Position numbers and translations under genes: made by a program | In this document: in pieces, positions 1 to 8,569 of the stretch | Numbering within the stretch: the stretch's first letter is position 1 | Layout of the letters: the number at the start of each line of letters is the position of its first letter | The notes under the pieces: generated by a model | The model's database searches: none | What the model was told of the DNA's origin: nothing | The model's input: the letters and a program-made list of their open reading frames with translations, nothing else | NCBI GenBank assembly: GCA_001778095.1 | Contig: MFGA01000002.1 | Coordinates: forward strand, 48,827 to 107,095 | Length of the DNA stretch: 58,269 nucleotides | Source: Candidatus Falkowbacteria bacterium RIFOXYA2_FULL_38_12 | GTDB taxonomy: Bacteria; Patescibacteriota; Patescibacteriia; XYB2-FULL-38-15 | Direction: 5' to 3'

Positions 1-1
1 A

Positions 2-223
2 TTTATCAGAACATTGGCTTCGGGGGTAGATTTTCTGGGTTGGGTTATTTTTCCACATCATTTGGTACCACGAACCAGTACAAAAAAGAGGATGTTTAAA
101 AGACTGCAACAACATTGCTCAAAAAAATCATTGACCTCTTACACCGGAATTCTTGGTCACGGAAATACTTACAAAATCGTTCGCGAAATTAAAACGAATT
201 ATCCGGATTTCCTTTTTGATTAA
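2..223 (+). CDS. 3' fragment of a reverse transcriptase gene (DGR-type C-terminus); the 5' part lies upstream of the window
   Basis: The frame is open from the window edge (FIRTLASGVDFLGWVIFPHH...). The listed start at 14 is a TTG inside this frame. An FLGW block followed by ...SLTSYTGILGHGNTYKIV... matches my recollection of DGR RT tails (FLGY/W ... SW-GH-xH-x-TY). Not searched. Confidence 0.55.
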   Translation, partial: FIRTLASGVDFLGWVIFPHHLVPRTSTKKRMFKRLQQHCSKKSLTSYTGILGHGNTYKIVREIKTNYPDFLFD

Positions 224-279
224 ATTTCCCCAAACCCCAAAGCCCCAAAGAGACAAAAAAGTGTTAAAACCTCAAAGAA

Positions 280-2220
280 TTACTTGCGAAGACGAAAGAC
301 GAACTGAGCGACAGAACTCCACCTGCGCGCAGGCTCCGCCCAATCGACGTCCAGCCACAGCCCCGCGTCACCACGACGCAGCCCGAAGACGTCCGGATAG
401 CCACCGGAACCGGCTATCTGCTTCATCCCAATATATAAATACTCATCCGTTGGCTGGTCAGCATACTGCAACCTGTACTGTGGCCCAACTTCAGCCGGAC
501 ACAATTCCAAACCAAGCTCCTTAATTTTCTGGTAAATTTGATCCGTTGTCGGGTTACCTTCCAAACCAAGATCTCCCACTTTTAATCTAACCAAATCAGT
601 TGGCTCCGATTTTTTAGCAGTGATAAAATCTTTACTGTCCAGTATTGACTGCGCATATCCACTAATTTGAATATTTTTCCCTTTCATTTCCGCCACCAGT
701 TCATTTTTCGTCTTTCCGCCAATCTCAATTGTACTTCTCACAATTTTTCCCTCAGGAAACGCCGTATAAACATACTCCAAATCTTTCAACTGTTGGAAAA
801 TATTTGGAAATAACTGGCCGACATACGCCTTCGTGTTTTCATTAACTTCACTTTGTGTGTGGGCAATTTGATCAGGTTCGCAATCAAAGCAAACGGGCGC
901 GTCTGCTTTGGGGTCGCGCTGTTGGCGCAACTCTTGGATGCGTGGGTCTGGCTTGTAGCCAAAGCCTTGAATAGGAGAATTGAGTGCATAGAAAAAAACC
1001 AAATCCGCTCGGCTTAACTCTTGCTCTTTTTTCATCTTGTTTTCAATGACGGTCAAGTGCTTCATGTCCGCATTTTTCTTTTCATACAGTTTTCCGTCAG
1101 GGAACTCTTTTAATTTGTCTTGCACCACCGTGCCAATATGTGGGTCAAGATTTTGGTCTTGACCGAAAACGCCCCGCACTTCAGCGATACTATTTTCTTG
1201 CATGCGAATAGCTGCCCGAGGAACGGTGGGTTTACCTTTGGGGTCCAAAGAATAAAATACATAGAAGTCACCGCCGTCCAATTGGGTGCGGGCAGTGGAT
1301 TCACCAGCCGTGCACCAACCCGTGCCGTGGCCTTGGAGAGATTGGACAAGTGGCGTATGATCCGAACCCTTGGGATATTTAATCCATTCGCCTCTGGTGT
1401 CGGCCAATTGTTCTTGTGAAGCGGGTGTTACTTTTTCAATAGCCCAAGCATAGAGCTTGGCGAAGCTTTCGCCTTGTAGGAGTTTTTTAAAAGCCTGCTG
1501 TTCTTGTTTTTTAGTGTGTTGTTCATCTTCAATGGTGGTAGCCTCTTCTAGTGTTATCTCTTCCAAGTCTGCTTCGGTCAATTCTATCTCTTCCTCTTTT
1601 TCTTTCGCCAACTGCGTTTCCACCTGTGGTCGGTATTTCTTTTCCACCGCGTCCAAAACATACGCCAAAGCCTCGCGGTCAAGGTCTGGAAACGATTTTA
1701 CCGTGTCTTTTCTTCTTTTACCAAATTGTTTTTTCTCTTTATCGTATTCACCCATGCCAAGGATGCTTCGCATCGCCCAGTATTTGAGCCAATCCGGATA
1801 AACGGCGTCCGGCGAAGCCATGTAATCCACCCAGTTGTCTAAACTGCTTTTTTGATCGGTTATTATTACTTCAATTAATTGTTTTCGTTGTTCTTTCCCA
1901 ATCTCCATGTCGCCGTGCCCTTGTTCACGAGCGAGACGGCGTTGGGTGTTAAAATATGCTTCCGGAACTTCGGCGGGTTTGATGATATGACCGTCATACA
2001 GCGATTGTTTGAAGCGTGCCAGTTTTTCTTCACGGCGAGGGTTGTTTGGGTCTATACTATTGGAAATGTAGTCTAAATAATTTTGGATGCGGGCTTCAGG
2101 TTTTTCCGACACCTTGGCACCTGTTTTGGTTTCAGTGTTTACGGCAATTTTAGTCACTTCTTCGCTGGAACTTAAATCACGATATTTGGTTTGAAGAAAG
2201 GCGGGGTTGCGTTCGGACAT
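280..2220 (-). CDS. Hypothetical 646-aa protein; candidate DGR target whose C-terminal end looks like a variable region
   Basis: Long intact ORF convergent with the RT fragment. The body is AT-rich. The last ~44 codons switch abruptly to GC-rich, A-poor sequence and end ...WSSVAQFVFRLRK, reminiscent of the GFRL end of C-type-lectin/FGE-fold DGR variable regions. Confidence 0.8.
   Translation of the reverse strand: MSERNPAFLQTKYRDLSSSEEVTKIAVNTETKTGAKVSEKPEARIQNYLDYISNSIDPNNPRREEKLARFKQSLYDGHIIKPAEVPEAYFNTQRRLAREQGHGDMEIGKEQRKQLIEVIITDQKSSLDNWVDYMASPDAVYPDWLKYWAMRSILGMGEYDKEKKQFGKRRKDTVKSFPDLDREALAYVLDAVEKKYRPQVETQLAKEKEEEIELTEADLEEITLEEATTIEDEQHTKKQEQQAFKKLLQGESFAKLYAWAIEKVTPASQEQLADTRGEWIKYPKGSDHTPLVQSLQGHGTGWCTAGESTARTQLDGGDFYVFYSLDPKGKPTVPRAAIRMQENSIAEVRGVFGQDQNLDPHIGTVVQDKLKEFPDGKLYEKKNADMKHLTVIENKMKKEQELSRADLVFFYALNSPIQGFGYKPDPRIQELRQQRDPKADAPVCFDCEPDQIAHTQSEVNENTKAYVGQLFPNIFQQLKDLEYVYTAFPEGKIVRSTIEIGGKTKNELVAEMKGKNIQISGYAQSILDSKDFITAKKSEPTDLVRLKVGDLGLEGNPTTDQIYQKIKELGLELCPAEVGPQYRLQYADQPTDEYLYIGMKQIAGSGGYPDVFGLRRGDAGLWLDVDWAEPARRWSSVAQFVFRLRK
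283..414 (-). repeat. Candidate DGR variable repeat (VR); no template repeat is visible in the window
   Basis: By hand count, the last 44 sense codons (132 nt) are ~66% G+C. They have 11 A versus 34 T on the coding strand, in an otherwise A-rich genome. Confidence 0.45.
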
Positions 2221-2357
2221 ATTTAGTAGGTTAAATTTATTTATGGTGTAATCTTAACCACGGGCGAGGGTGAGCATGCAAAGTAAGGGGCATTAGTTGG
2301 GAGTATATAAAGAATTATTGCTCCGTGGTAAAAGTTGATTAACCTAAGCCTTGTACG

Positions 2358-2431
2358 TGGTGGACCATGGGAGAATCGAACTCCCGTATTCCGGATGCAA
2401 ACCGGACGCACTACCACTATGCTAATGGCCC
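2358..2431 (-). tRNA. tRNA-Ala (anticodon UGC), CCA encoded
   Basis: Cloverleaf read by eye: acceptor GGGCCAT/ATGGTCC with a G3:U70 pair, anticodon loop TTTGCAT, T-loop GGGAGTTCGATTCTCCC. Confidence 0.9.
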
Positions 2432-2484
2432 TCAATATTCCTAAAATATACTATTTTTCGTTTTATGTCAAAGAGCCAAACCAA

Positions 2485-2513
2485 TTTACAAACCGCTGTT
2501 CTTCTGCTATAAT
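2485..2513 (+). promoter_or_regulatory. Sigma70-like promoter upstream of ileS
   Basis: TTTACA (2485-2490), 17-nt spacer, TATAAT (2508-2513), about 40 nt before the ileS ATG. Confidence 0.4.
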
Positions 2514-2553
2514 AAACGAAATTCTTTGATTAATCATAATAAATTATTTTACT

Positions 2554-5403
2554 ATGTCCGCTCCCAATTTTCCCAAGATGGAGGAAGAAATTTTGGACTT
2601 CTGGAAAAAAGAAAAAATTTTTGAAAAAACTTTGGCTAAAAAAAGCCCTAAAGGCAGTTTTGTTTTTTTTGAAGGACCTCCTACTGCCAACGGAAAACCG
2701 GGCTTACACCATGTTGAAGCGCGTGTTTTTAAAGATATTGTTTGCCGTTATAAAACCATGCAAGGTTATTTTGTCGGCCGAAAAGCCGGCTGGGATACTC
2801 ATGGTCTGCCGGTTGAACTTCAAGTTGAAAAAGAACTGAAATTTTCCGGAAAACCCGATATTGAAAAATACGGAATCAAATCATTTAATGAAAAATGCAA
2901 AGAGAGTGTTTGGCGTAATAAAGAAGAATTCGAAAAAATGACTGAACGCATCGCCTACTGGCTTGATTTGGAAAATCCATATATCACCTACGATAATAAC
3001 TATATTGAATCGCTTTGGTGGATTTTAAAACAAATTTGGGACAAGGGTTTGCTCTATGAAAGATATAAAATCCTTCCCCAATGTCCTCGTTGCGGAACAG
3101 CCCTTTCCTCTCACGAAGTCGCTCTTGGCTACAAAAATGTTGAAGAAATATCCGTCTACATAAAATTCAAAGTAACAAAGCACAGCTTGGAACTAAGCGA
3201 AGATTTACCTCTTTATATTCTCTCTTGGACAACAACCCCCTGGACTCTTCCGGGCAATGTCGCCTTGGCGGTCGGGGAAGACATTGATTATGTTTTAATC
3301 AAAAAGGATAACGAATATTTTATTATTGCCAAAACTTTAGTTGAAAAAGTGGTGGAAGAAAAATACATAATAAAAAAAGAAATGAAGGGCAAGGACTTAG
3401 TCGGAATTGAATATGAGCCACTATTCCCAGGCGCCCTTGACCCGGGAGATAAAAAAGCGTGGTACGTAACTTCGGCTGATTTTGTTTCTACGGAAGACGG
3501 CACGGGAGTGGTCCATACGGCCGTGATGTACGGTGAAGACGACTTTAATTTGGGTAAAAAAATCGGCTTGCCGGAAGTGCATACGGTTGATGAAAGCGGA
3601 TTATTTTTGCCAAGCGTAAAAAGATGGGCGGGAAAATTTGTAAAAAATGTTGAAAAAGAAATATCGGAAGATTTAAGAAGTCGCGGCTTGCTTTATAAGA
3701 CCATGCCCTACACTCACGATTACCCCTTCTGCTGGCGTTGTAGTACCCCGCTTCTTTATTACGCCAAAAAATCATGGTTTATAAAGATGTCTGAACCGGA
3801 AATAAAAGAAAAGTTAATCCAAGGCAATCAAACTATCAATTGGGTTCCCGAATATATAAGAGACGGGCGCTTCGGAGACTGGCTCCGCGAAGTCAAAGAT
3901 TGGGCGATTACCCGCGAACGTTATTGGGGCACGCCTCTTCCGATCTGGAAATGCGGATGCGGGGAAATTGTGGCGGTTGAATCTGTCGCGGAACTGGAAA
4001 AACTTAGCGGAAAAAATTTAAAAGAAATGGACTTGCATCGACCTTTTATTGATGAGATTAATCTTCCTTGTAAAAACTGCGGGGGCGAAATGAGGCGATC
4101 TCCGGAAGTTCTGGATTGCTGGTTTGATTCTGGAGCTATGCCTTTTGCCCAATGGCATTATCCATTTGAAAATAAGGAAAAAATTGATGAAGGAAGAGAA
4201 TTTCCGGCTGAATTTATTTCTGAAGCAATAGATCAAACTCGCGGATGGTTTTACACTTTGCTCGCCGTCTCCACTCTTCTTGGAAAAGAAGTTCCATATA
4301 AAAACGTGATTTGTCTCGGCCACTTGCGCGACTCTAAGGGCGAAAAAATGAGTAAATCAAAAGGGAACGTTGTTGATCTTTGGGAAGTGATTGGAAAATA
4401 TAGCGCTGATGCCGTACGTTGGTTCTTCTTTACCGTAAACCAACCCGGCGATCCAAAAAACTTCAGCCCGCTGGAGTTGGAAATAATTCTAAAAAAATTC
4501 TTTTTGGTTCTCTTTAATATTCTAAGTTTTTATAAGTTGTATGAGGGAGAGACTAATTTTAATCCGAAAAATCCATCTCACGTTTTGGATAAATGGATTA
4601 TGGCGAAATTAAATCTTCTTATTAAAGAAACTACTCTAAAATTGGATGCGTATGATGTTGTCGGCGCTGCGCGGGGTTTGGAAGAATTTAACAATGATCT
4701 TTCCACTTGGTATGTGCGTAGATCAAGAGACAGATTTAAAGAGCTTGGCGAAGATAAAGACGCGGCCGTGGCTACATTGCGCTTTGTCCTCAAAACTTTC
4801 GGTCGATTGTCCGCCCCATTTATTCCTTTTGTCGCCGAAAAAATAAACGAAGAGCTTGGTAAGGAAAACATTTCCATTCATCTTGATGATTGGCCGGAGC
4901 TTGAACCGGATTTAATTGATGAGAAAGTTTTAGAACAAATGGAAACAACTAAAAAAATCGTGGAAGCGGGACTCGCCGCAAGAGCCTTGGCCGGAATAAA
5001 AATCAGACAACCTCTTGCTTCTTACACCACTCCGCTCGCCGAAAATATTGGCGAGGAATATGTTGAGCTTATTAGAGATGAACTAAATATTTCCGAACTG
5101 AAATCCGGCGAGGAAAATCTGGATGAAAAAATAACTGAAGAGCTAAAGGAGCAAGGACTTGTCCGCGAAATCGTTCGCCTAGTAAATTCTCTTCGAAAAG
5201 AAGCGGGCCTCACCATTTCCGACCGCATTGCCATTTCCTATGAAACTAAAAATGATGCCGTTTCGCAAGCTTTTCAAAACAATGAAGAAAAAATTATGAA
5301 AGATACTCTAAGCAATGAAATAAAATTCGGCCGAAGCGAAGTCTCGTTTCAAAAAGAAAATAATGTTGAGGGCGGACTTTGGCTGGGCATTAAAAAAATA
5401 TAA
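2554..5403 (+). CDS. ileS: Isoleucyl-tRNA synthetase
   Basis: 949 aa. HIGH-type motif (PPTANGKPGLHHV), KMSKS (KMSKSKGN), the editing-domain insertion and typical class Ia blocks (WTTTPWTLPGN, DWAITRERYWGTPLP). Confidence 0.95.
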   Translation: MSAPNFPKMEEEILDFWKKEKIFEKTLAKKSPKGSFVFFEGPPTANGKPGLHHVEARVFKDIVCRYKTMQGYFVGRKAGWDTHGLPVELQVEKELKFSGKPDIEKYGIKSFNEKCKESVWRNKEEFEKMTERIAYWLDLENPYITYDNNYIESLWWILKQIWDKGLLYERYKILPQCPRCGTALSSHEVALGYKNVEEISVYIKFKVTKHSLELSEDLPLYILSWTTTPWTLPGNVALAVGEDIDYVLIKKDNEYFIIAKTLVEKVVEEKYIIKKEMKGKDLVGIEYEPLFPGALDPGDKKAWYVTSADFVSTEDGTGVVHTAVMYGEDDFNLGKKIGLPEVHTVDESGLFLPSVKRWAGKFVKNVEKEISEDLRSRGLLYKTMPYTHDYPFCWRCSTPLLYYAKKSWFIKMSEPEIKEKLIQGNQTINWVPEYIRDGRFGDWLREVKDWAITRERYWGTPLPIWKCGCGEIVAVESVAELEKLSGKNLKEMDLHRPFIDEINLPCKNCGGEMRRSPEVLDCWFDSGAMPFAQWHYPFENKEKIDEGREFPAEFISEAIDQTRGWFYTLLAVSTLLGKEVPYKNVICLGHLRDSKGEKMSKSKGNVVDLWEVIGKYSADAVRWFFFTVNQPGDPKNFSPLELEIILKKFFLVLFNILSFYKLYEGETNFNPKNPSHVLDKWIMAKLNLLIKETTLKLDAYDVVGAARGLEEFNNDLSTWYVRRSRDRFKELGEDKDAAVATLRFVLKTFGRLSAPFIPFVAEKINEELGKENISIHLDDWPELEPDLIDEKVLEQMETTKKIVEAGLAARALAGIKIRQPLASYTTPLAENIGEEYVELIRDELNISELKSGEENLDEKITEELKEQGLVREIVRLVNSLRKEAGLTISDRIAISYETKNDAVSQAFQNNEEKIMKDTLSNEIKFGRSEVSFQKENNVEGGLWLGIKKI

Positions 5404-5404
5404 T

Positions 5405-6352
5405 ATGAACGTAAAACAAATTTTTGATCTAGCGATTGAAATGGGTATAAACGCCGATTTGAGAGGAAAAGAAGCGGTGGAAAAAATGCTAAAAAGAAAA
5501 AAGGAACAATACAAAAAATTAAACGAAGAACAAAAAAACGAATTCGATGAGGAGGCCATATCTAACCCATACCTTGATTCCAGGATACATTTTGATTCCG
5601 GAAAACCGGTAAAAAAAATATTAACAGGTATTGATATGGAAGGAGATGAAGTTCTTTTGGCTGATAAGTTAAAAGACATTGATTTGATTTTGGCCCATCA
5701 TCCTCGCGGAAAAGCTTTGGCTAATTTGGCTGACGTGATGCATCTTCAGGCCGAAGTTTATGCACAATACGGAGTGCCAATCAACATCGCTGAAGCTGTT
5801 CAAAAAGAAAGGATTGAAGAAGTGGCCAGAGGAGTAAACCCAATTAATCATTATCGACCAATCAATGTCGCTGAGATTTTGGGCATAAGTTATGTTAATG
5901 TCCACACCCCAGCGGACAATTTGGTAGCTAATTTTTTAAGAAAAAAAATAGAGGAAGCTAAGCCGGAATATGTTAGTGAAATTTTAAAACTATTAAAAGA
6001 AGTCCCTGAATACAAAGAAGCTATAAAGCAAGGAGCAGGACCAACCTTGTTTGCCGGAAACCCAGATAATCGTTGCGGTAAAGTTGCTATAACGGAAATT
6101 ACCGGTGGGACAGAGCCATCTAAGAAAATATATGAAAAAATTGCTCAAGCGGGCGTCGGAACAATTGTTTGCATGCATCTTTCCGAAGAGCATAAAAAAG
6201 AAGCCGAGGCCGCGCACATCAACGCAATTATTGCCGGTCATATTTCCTCCGACTCATTGGGAATGAATTTCTTTTTGGATGAATTGGAAAAAAATGGAAT
6301 TGAGATAGTCCCCTGCTCGGGATTGATTAGAGTGAAGAGGTTTAAAAAGTAG
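5405..6352 (+). CDS. NIF3-like (GTP cyclohydrolase I type 2 / NGG1p-interacting factor 3 family) protein
   Basis: The start is moved to the ATG at 5405 (MNVKQIF...), just after the ileS stop. The LILAHHP, NVHTPADN and AGHISSDSLG blocks resemble NIF3 metal-binding motifs. This assignment is from memory. Confidence 0.5.
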   Translation: MNVKQIFDLAIEMGINADLRGKEAVEKMLKRKKEQYKKLNEEQKNEFDEEAISNPYLDSRIHFDSGKPVKKILTGIDMEGDEVLLADKLKDIDLILAHHPRGKALANLADVMHLQAEVYAQYGVPINIAEAVQKERIEEVARGVNPINHYRPINVAEILGISYVNVHTPADNLVANFLRKKIEEAKPEYVSEILKLLKEVPEYKEAIKQGAGPTLFAGNPDNRCGKVAITEITGGTEPSKKIYEKIAQAGVGTIVCMHLSEEHKKEAEAAHINAIIAGHISSDSLGMNFFLDELEKNGIEIVPCSGLIRVKRFKK

Positions 6353-6364
6353 AAATATCTAGTT

Positions 6365-6586
6365 CCCCTCCCTTGAGGGGAGGGGTTAGGGGAGGGTGAG
6401 GTGGTTGATAAAATTACAAATCCAAAATAACAAGCTCCAAATAAATTACAATATTCAAATGACCAAAATTCTAAACAATTGTTTTGAGTATTTGAATTTT
6501 GTGTTTTGATATTATTTAGGATTTGTAATTTTGGATTTGGTGCTTTATTAATCATCCCCTCCTAGCCTCCCCCATCAAGAGGGAGG
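6365..6586. repeat. Composite palindromic intergenic element (~220 nt)
   Basis: GC hairpins sit at both ends (cccctccc-ttga-ggggagggg at 6365-6385; cctccc...gggagg at 6566-6586). G-rich and C-rich arms pair with each other (ggggagggtgaggtgg / cctcctagcctcccc). The AT-rich core is nearly self-complementary around caattg (aaaattacaaatcc / ggatttgtaatttt). Confidence 0.5.
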
Positions 6587-6599
6587 AATAACTACGCAT

Positions 6600-7166
6600 A
6601 TGATCTCCTACATCAAAGGAACAATTATTTACAAAGACAATAATTTTGTCATTTTAAAAAATAACGATATTGGCTATAAAATCTTTGCCTCGGAGGGATT
6701 TATTATAAGTTCAAAAATAGACGAGGTAAAAGAACTTTTTATTCACGAACATACCAAGGACGATGGTCGGGAACTCTACGGATTCCAAAGCACCGAAGAA
6801 TTAAAATTTTTTTGGAAGCTTATCAATGTATCCGGAGTCGGACCGAAAATGGCTCACCGAATAATCTCGTCAAATAAACTCGAAAAAATTCAAAAAGCCG
6901 TGAACGACGGCGACTTGTTTTTAATATCAAGTATATCCGGCGTCGGCAAAAAAACCGCGCAAAAAATCATTCTTGAGCTTAAGGGAAGACTAACCGAAGA
7001 AGAACCAATCGCGGCAAGCGATAGCGAGCTAGTAGAAGCCCTTATTCAATTGGGGTACTCAAAAAATGAAGCGGAAGAGACTGCCAAAAAAATTGACGGG
7101 GAGAAAAAAACCATTGAAGAAAAAATAAAAGAAGCTTTAAAATTTTTAGGAAAGAAGACTCATTGA
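6600..7166 (+). CDS. ruvA: Holliday junction DNA helicase subunit RuvA
   Basis: 188 aa. N-terminal OB region, two HhH motifs (VSGVGPKMA, ISGVGKKTAQKI) and a C-terminal domain III. Confidence 0.9.
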   Translation: MISYIKGTIIYKDNNFVILKNNDIGYKIFASEGFIISSKIDEVKELFIHEHTKDDGRELYGFQSTEELKFFWKLINVSGVGPKMAHRIISSNKLEKIQKAVNDGDLFLISSISGVGKKTAQKIILELKGRLTEEEPIAASDSELVEALIQLGYSKNEAEETAKKIDGEKKTIEEKIKEALKFLGKKTH

Positions 7167-7324
7167 TTAATAATCTTTCGTCGCGAAATGAAGAAATTTA
7201 ATACTATAAAATTAGAAAAGCGACGATGTTTATATGATTAAATATAAGCAGAGGAGCTTTTATAATTTTAGAGCTTAAATTTCAAATTGCAGCAGAAATA
7301 TTATTAAGCAATAAGTCTTAAAAA

Positions 7325-8308
7325 ATGATCAAGGAAATAAACGATAAAAATCTTTGGAATAACTTTGTTGCCCAGCACGGCCCAAAAAGCGGGGCTTTTT
7401 TGCAATCTTTTGAATGGGGAGAATTTCAAAAATCTTTTGGTCGAAAAATTTGGCGACTGGGCAATTTTCAGGGTGACAAACTAGAATCAACTGCCTTAAT
7501 TATAAAACACGATTTATCTATAGGAAAAAGTTATCTATACTGCCCAAGGGGACCAATATTGAGCCAAGAAAATTTTAATACTGAAGAAACTTTTGGGGAA
7601 ATTATAAAAATCGCCAAAGAAAAAAAATCTATCTTCTTGAGGATTGAACCTCCTCGAGAATACAAAATATCAGATACAAAATATCAGATACAAAATACCA
7701 AATCCATCCAACCACGCCAGACTATTCTTCTTGATCTCACAAAAGAAGAAAGCGAACTTCTTCAAAAGATGCATCCAAAAACCCGCTACAATATCCGCTT
7801 GGCCGAACGCCACGGCGTTAGTGTGGAAAAAATAGATTTATCGGAAAAAAATTTTGAAATGTTTTGGAAACTACTTGTAGATACTTCAAAACGAGATAAA
7901 TTTAGCACTTATCCGAAAAAATATTATAAAAAAATGATAGAAACTCTCGGTGGCTCCGAAAATGACGCTCACATCTCTCTCTTTGTCGCGAAATACAAAA
8001 ACAAAAACCTAGCCGCAGAACTTGTTATGTTTTTTGGAAAAACTGCCACATATCTTCACGGTGCCTCTTCGGAAGAAGAGCGCGGAGTAATGGCTCCTTA
8101 TGCTATTCATTGGGAGATTATTAAAGAAGTAAAAAAAATGGGTTATAAATACTACGACTTTTGGGGAATTGATGAAAAAAAATGGCCGGGCGTAACCAGG
8201 TTCAAAAGAGGTTTTGGCGGAGAAGAAATTTCCTATCCCGGCACTTTTGATTTGCCAGTTCAGAAGATTTGGTACAAGATATATTCTCTGGTACGGAAAA
8301 TAATTTAA
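7325..8308 (+). CDS. FemAB-family peptidoglycan interpeptide-bridge aminoacyltransferase
   Basis: The HPKTRYNIRLAERHGV and YLHGASSEE...APYAIHWEIIK...YYDFWGI blocks are typical of FemAB/MurM-type transferases. Confidence 0.8.
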   Translation: MIKEINDKNLWNNFVAQHGPKSGAFLQSFEWGEFQKSFGRKIWRLGNFQGDKLESTALIIKHDLSIGKSYLYCPRGPILSQENFNTEETFGEIIKIAKEKKSIFLRIEPPREYKISDTKYQIQNTKSIQPRQTILLDLTKEESELLQKMHPKTRYNIRLAERHGVSVEKIDLSEKNFEMFWKLLVDTSKRDKFSTYPKKYYKKMIETLGGSENDAHISLFVAKYKNKNLAAELVMFFGKTATYLHGASSEEERGVMAPYAIHWEIIKEVKKMGYKYYDFWGIDEKKWPGVTRFKRGFGGEEISYPGTFDLPVQKIWYKIYSLVRKII

Positions 8309-8314
8309 TGTTTT

Positions 8315-8381
8315 GTCATTCTCGCGAAGGCGGGAGTCTACTTTTTAAAGAAGAGCGGATCCCCGCACGCGCGGGGATGAC
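8315..8381. repeat. Small palindromic element of the gtcat...atgac type
   Basis: The left arm gtcattctcgcgaaggcgggagtc and the right arm gatccccgcacgcgcggggatgac are imperfect reverse complements. Each arm also folds on itself. Confidence 0.55.
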
Positions 8382-8419
8382 ATTTCTATCTATTTTTCAT
8401 GACCACACATCTTTCTTCC

Positions 8420-8491
8420 GCTCCCATAGTTCAATGGATATAACGCCGGCCTCCGAAGCTGGAAATGGCCGTTCGAATCGGCCTGGGAGCA
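8420..8491 (+). tRNA. tRNA-Arg (anticodon CCG), no encoded CCA
   Basis: Acceptor GCTCCCA/TGGGAGC, anticodon loop CTCCGAA, T-arm GGCCGTTCGAATCGGCC. Confidence 0.9.
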
Positions 8492-8525
8492 TTTGAATAA
8501 AACGTTTAATAACAAAAATTAGTAT

Positions 8526-8558
8526 AAAAAACACTCGACTTTTCGCCGAGTGTTTTTG
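8526..8558. terminator. Bidirectional intrinsic terminator
   Basis: Stem aacactcg/cgagtgtt flanked by an A-run and a T-run, between tRNA-Arg (+) and the 650-aa gene (-). Confidence 0.6.
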
Positions 8559-8569
8559 AAATCTATTTT

